NCBI GenBank assembly: GCA_050011875.1
Contig: JBEKIG010000003.1
Coordinates: 1 to 64,000 of the forward strand
DNA from: Nitrososphaeria archaeon
GTDB taxonomy: Archaea; Thermoproteota; Nitrososphaeria; JACIWG01
Direction of reading: 5' to 3'
DNA: 64,000 nt
Shown: piece by piece, positions 61,291 through 64,000 of the stretch
Position numbering within the stretch: position 1 is the stretch's first letter
Layout of the letters: each line of letters opens with the position of its first letter
The notes under the pieces: generated by a model
The model's database searches: none
Seen by the model: only the letters and a program-made list of their open reading frames with translations
What the model was told of the DNA's origin: nothing
Made by a program: the position numbers and the translations under genes

Positions 61291-61409
61291 TCCTCTAATT
61301 TCATTAAAATATGATTTTTCATCATCAAATTCACATTATAATGTGAGACATATTTCCAGCGGCTCAAGGCACTTTTTAGAGCTTTTAACCCATAAAATCT
61401 ACAAGCAAG

Positions 61410-61853
61410 TCATAAGATGTCCTTGATAGTCTGAAAGGAAACGCATGTCTGCGTCTTCTGTATACCCCTCATCATCCTGAGCTTATCTATGACAAGTGTC
61501 CCTATTTCGCTCACTGACCCTGCACGCACCTTAATTATTATATCCCATTCCCCTGAAATCAGGGAGACCTCATAGACTTCAGGTATCTTCGCCATTTCTT
61601 CTGCGACGCTCCTCTGTGAAACGTTACTTTCCCCGCTGAAGCTGACTAGAATGAAAGCCGTCACTTCCTTCCCGATCTTATGGTAGTCTAGTAAGGCTGT
61701 AAACTTTTTTATTACACCGCTCCCTACAAGCCTCCTCATCCTCTCCTGAACCGTAGCACGAGGCATTCCCAGCTCGCTCGCCATTTCCACGACAGGCTTC
61801 CTACCATCATCGAGCAACTGAAGTAAGATTTTTCTGTCCTTGTCGTCCATCAT
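61410..61853 (-). CDS. Lrp/AsnC transcriptional regulator
   Basis: DDKDRKIL..L..DGR.P..E.A.ELG....TV..R...L...GVI HTH; ISGEWD RAM domain. Confidence 0.95.
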   Translation of the reverse strand: MMDDKDRKILLQLLDDGRKPVVEMASELGMPRATVQERMRRLVGSGVIKKFTALLDYHKIGKEVTAFILVSFSGESNVSQRSVAEEMAKIPEVYEVSLISGEWDIIIKVRAGSVSEIGTLVIDKLRMMRGIQKTQTCVSFQTIKDIL

Positions 61854-61871
61854 ATTAGCATAATGCTAATA
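61853..61871. promoter_or_regulatory. Palindromic operator candidate
   Basis: TATTAGCA-TAA-TGCTAATA, a perfect inverted repeat at the lrp start in the divergent intergenic region. Confidence 0.6.
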
Positions 61872-61936
61872 AAAAGAGATATATATATTTTTTATCCGTT
61901 ATATTGCCAAAGAATATGGTATAATGTTTTTAAGGG

Positions 61937-62944
61937 ATGCAAAGTGTCGCTTTGTTCGTGCTGATTCAAAAAGGCGGAGAAGGAGAAAAAGGTTCGATTG
62001 AAATACCGAAATCGCTTGAGCAGATGACTACTGAAGAGTTGACTGAGAAATTCTTTTTGAGTAAGATATGCACTCAGACCCTGAAATCACTCACGGAAGG
62101 CTTCACTGAAGAGGGTTTCGAATGGTTTCTACCCGTAATATTCTCGAAGTCAACCGATCCCCTCTGGCCCGACCCAGGGGCGTCGATTGAGAAAAGGATT
62201 GAAACCGAGATATACGGTGTGACCGTCAGGACGACCCTGAGCATGATCATTCACAAGCTCGTCGCCTGCTCTCTAGCCTATCCGAAGTTCTTCGCCATTT
62301 CACCAAACGTAAGAATAGAGAAGAGGGAGAGGCGATCCACGGGACGGCACATATATGAATTCACACAGCTCGACTTTGAGACAAGAAACGCTTCCTCAGA
62401 TGACATAAGAAGCTTGGTGGAGAGGATATTCTGCAGGGTGATCTGCGACCTTAAAAGCAAGCGCAAGGAGGAGCTGATGCACCTTGGAAGATATAATATA
62501 ATAACCATTCCAGAGATTCCGTTCAAAGTTTACGATAGGGAAGAGTTAGAGGGTAAGTGGGGTAATGACTGGGAATCGATGCTACCTAAAGAAATACAGG
62601 CCCCAACCTGGGTTGTCAACATTCCAAGGGAGTTCTATGACTTCGAAGACTTCGATAGCGGGAAGTGGGACAACTACGACCTTATCCTGCCCAAAAACGG
62701 CGAAGTGCTATCAGGTGCAAGGAGGGAGTGGCAGTACGATAAGATTGTGAAGAAGATCGAAAGGGATGAAGTGAAGAAAGAAAATTATAAGATCCTTTTG
62801 GGGCTCGCAAAGGAAAATAGGCTCAGACCTTCAGCCGGAGCAGGCATAGGCATCGAAAGGCTTGTCAGCTGGATAGTGGGTGCAAAACACGTAGGTGAAG
62901 TGCAGCCATTTCCAAAGATACCTGGCGTAGTCTACGAACTATAG
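61937..62944 (+). CDS. Archaeal asparagine synthetase (class II aaRS paralog lacking the anticodon domain)
   Basis: STDPLWPD, SPNVRIE..TGRH.YEFTQLDFE (motif 2), GEVLSGARRE, SAGAGIGIERL (motif 3); start may lie slightly downstream. Confidence 0.88.
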   Translation: MQSVALFVLIQKGGEGEKGSIEIPKSLEQMTTEELTEKFFLSKICTQTLKSLTEGFTEEGFEWFLPVIFSKSTDPLWPDPGASIEKRIETEIYGVTVRTTLSMIIHKLVACSLAYPKFFAISPNVRIEKRERRSTGRHIYEFTQLDFETRNASSDDIRSLVERIFCRVICDLKSKRKEELMHLGRYNIITIPEIPFKVYDREELEGKWGNDWESMLPKEIQAPTWVVNIPREFYDFEDFDSGKWDNYDLILPKNGEVLSGARREWQYDKIVKKIERDEVKKENYKILLGLAKENRLRPSAGAGIGIERLVSWIVGAKHVGEVQPFPKIPGVVYEL

Positions 62945-63193
62945 CTCTTTTATTAGATCGTAGCCTAAGGATAATGGACTACGGGTTCGGCAACACAGGG
63001 GTTAACGCGTCCTTCGTAACTGTAATGGATATGACGATAGATGGAAATCATATGATACTACTAAAAAATTTATCTTCCTTACTCATAAAATGTGATATTT
63101 TGCTAAAGTATTTATAAAAAGTTATAACAAAATCTTAGGAATCCTATATTAGTATATTAAAATCCTAAAAGCTTATATTAAGAGAAAAGTACT

Positions 63194-63910
63194 TTGTATA
63201 AGATGAAGATGGATATAATAGAAAATTTTAATGAAGCAGGAAGGTTCACAGGAAGATTATTTAAAAATATCGGCAACCTTGTGATACTGATAGTATTAGC
63301 AATCATACCCATAGTTGACTTTATCTTTCTTGGCTACTTAGGCAAGCTTATCAGGGAAGGAAGAAGTTTGGATGAACCGCCTAAACTATCAGATTACGGG
63401 AAACTTTTTGTTAACGGATTAAAAATAATCATCGCAGTAATCGTTTACGCGATTATACCGGCGATCATCTTAGGGGTGCTGGCGTTGCCCTTTATGCACA
63501 CTTTCTCTCTCGGCTTCTTAGTCTCTCCCATGGCTTTTATAGGATCGATCTTTGCTTACGTAGTGATAGCGGTTGTAATATTCTTCGTCTTCTCGATATT
63601 TGGAGTAGCAGCGATAGGTAATATGATACGCAACGATAGATTCATGAAAATATTCGCTTTCGGGGAAGCCTGGGCGATAATATCTAAGACAGGGTTCGGA
63701 AAATACCTCACATGGCTTGTTCTTGTCTTTATCTTAGGACTAATAGGTTCAGCTTTCGGGGCGTTGAATTGGATCTTAGGAGCGATAGTCTCAGTCTTCA
63801 TAGGAATCTTTGTAGTAAGGTCTTTTTCGACATTGCTCGATGAGGCGCTTGGACAAGCCACACAGCCTCCAGCGGTTACGGTTAATCCTCCAGCTCCTCC
63901 ATCTCCTTGA
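63194..63910 (+). CDS. DUF4013-like membrane protein
   Basis: 'IIPIVDFIFLGY', 'PP...DYGKLFVNGLK', Pro-rich tail. Confidence 0.75.
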   Translation: MYKMKMDIIENFNEAGRFTGRLFKNIGNLVILIVLAIIPIVDFIFLGYLGKLIREGRSLDEPPKLSDYGKLFVNGLKIIIAVIVYAIIPAIILGVLALPFMHTFSLGFLVSPMAFIGSIFAYVVIAVVIFFVFSIFGVAAIGNMIRNDRFMKIFAFGEAWAIISKTGFGKYLTWLVLVFILGLIGSAFGALNWILGAIVSVFIGIFVVRSFSTLLDEALGQATQPPAVTVNPPAPPSP

Positions 63911-64000
63911 GTGGAAGAAATCTAACAGTTGGAAACCATCCCGTAATTTATCGTTTTACGTTCAATGATATCAAAATTAATTGCAATGATATGTCCATTA

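Overview
This is an archaeal chromosomal window, probably from an uncultured TACK-type archaeon. That is inferred from BRE/TATA promoters, frequent TTG starts, the archaeal asparagine synthetase with Lrp, DUF1616 and DUF4013 proteins, and the integrase types. About 1-27 kb is an AT-rich, decaying island. It holds a VapBC pair, a family of modular secreted Thr-rich surface proteins (some broken), glycan-modifying enzymes (CelD/BcsL-like GNATs, FkbM and other methyltransferases, a radical SAM, a hexapeptide acyltransferase) and many mobile-element scraps: three tyrosine-integrase fragments, a TnpB/IS605 3' end, a rolling-circle Rep-like fragment and a plasmid-type HTH gene. About 27-57 kb is a large minus-strand surface-glycosylation locus with about 11 glycosyltransferases, a flippase, deacetylases, two TMK-like kinases, nucleotidyltransferases, a DPM1-like GT, DUF1616 and a CPBP protease. 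About 57-64 kb holds housekeeping-like genes (aqpZ, NAD-dependent epimerase, lrp, asparagine synthetase) with traces of a local segmental duplication. The most notable signal is a non-coding array with a 36-nt period at about 22,600-22,865. Two alternating 9-nt repeats (minus strand TGCGAGCCA and TGAAAACCA) are separated by unique 9-nt spacers, which matches the architecture of a TIGR dual-spacer guide-RNA array. No Tas/Nop-domain gene is recognisable in the window. All calls were made by eye; no searches were run.
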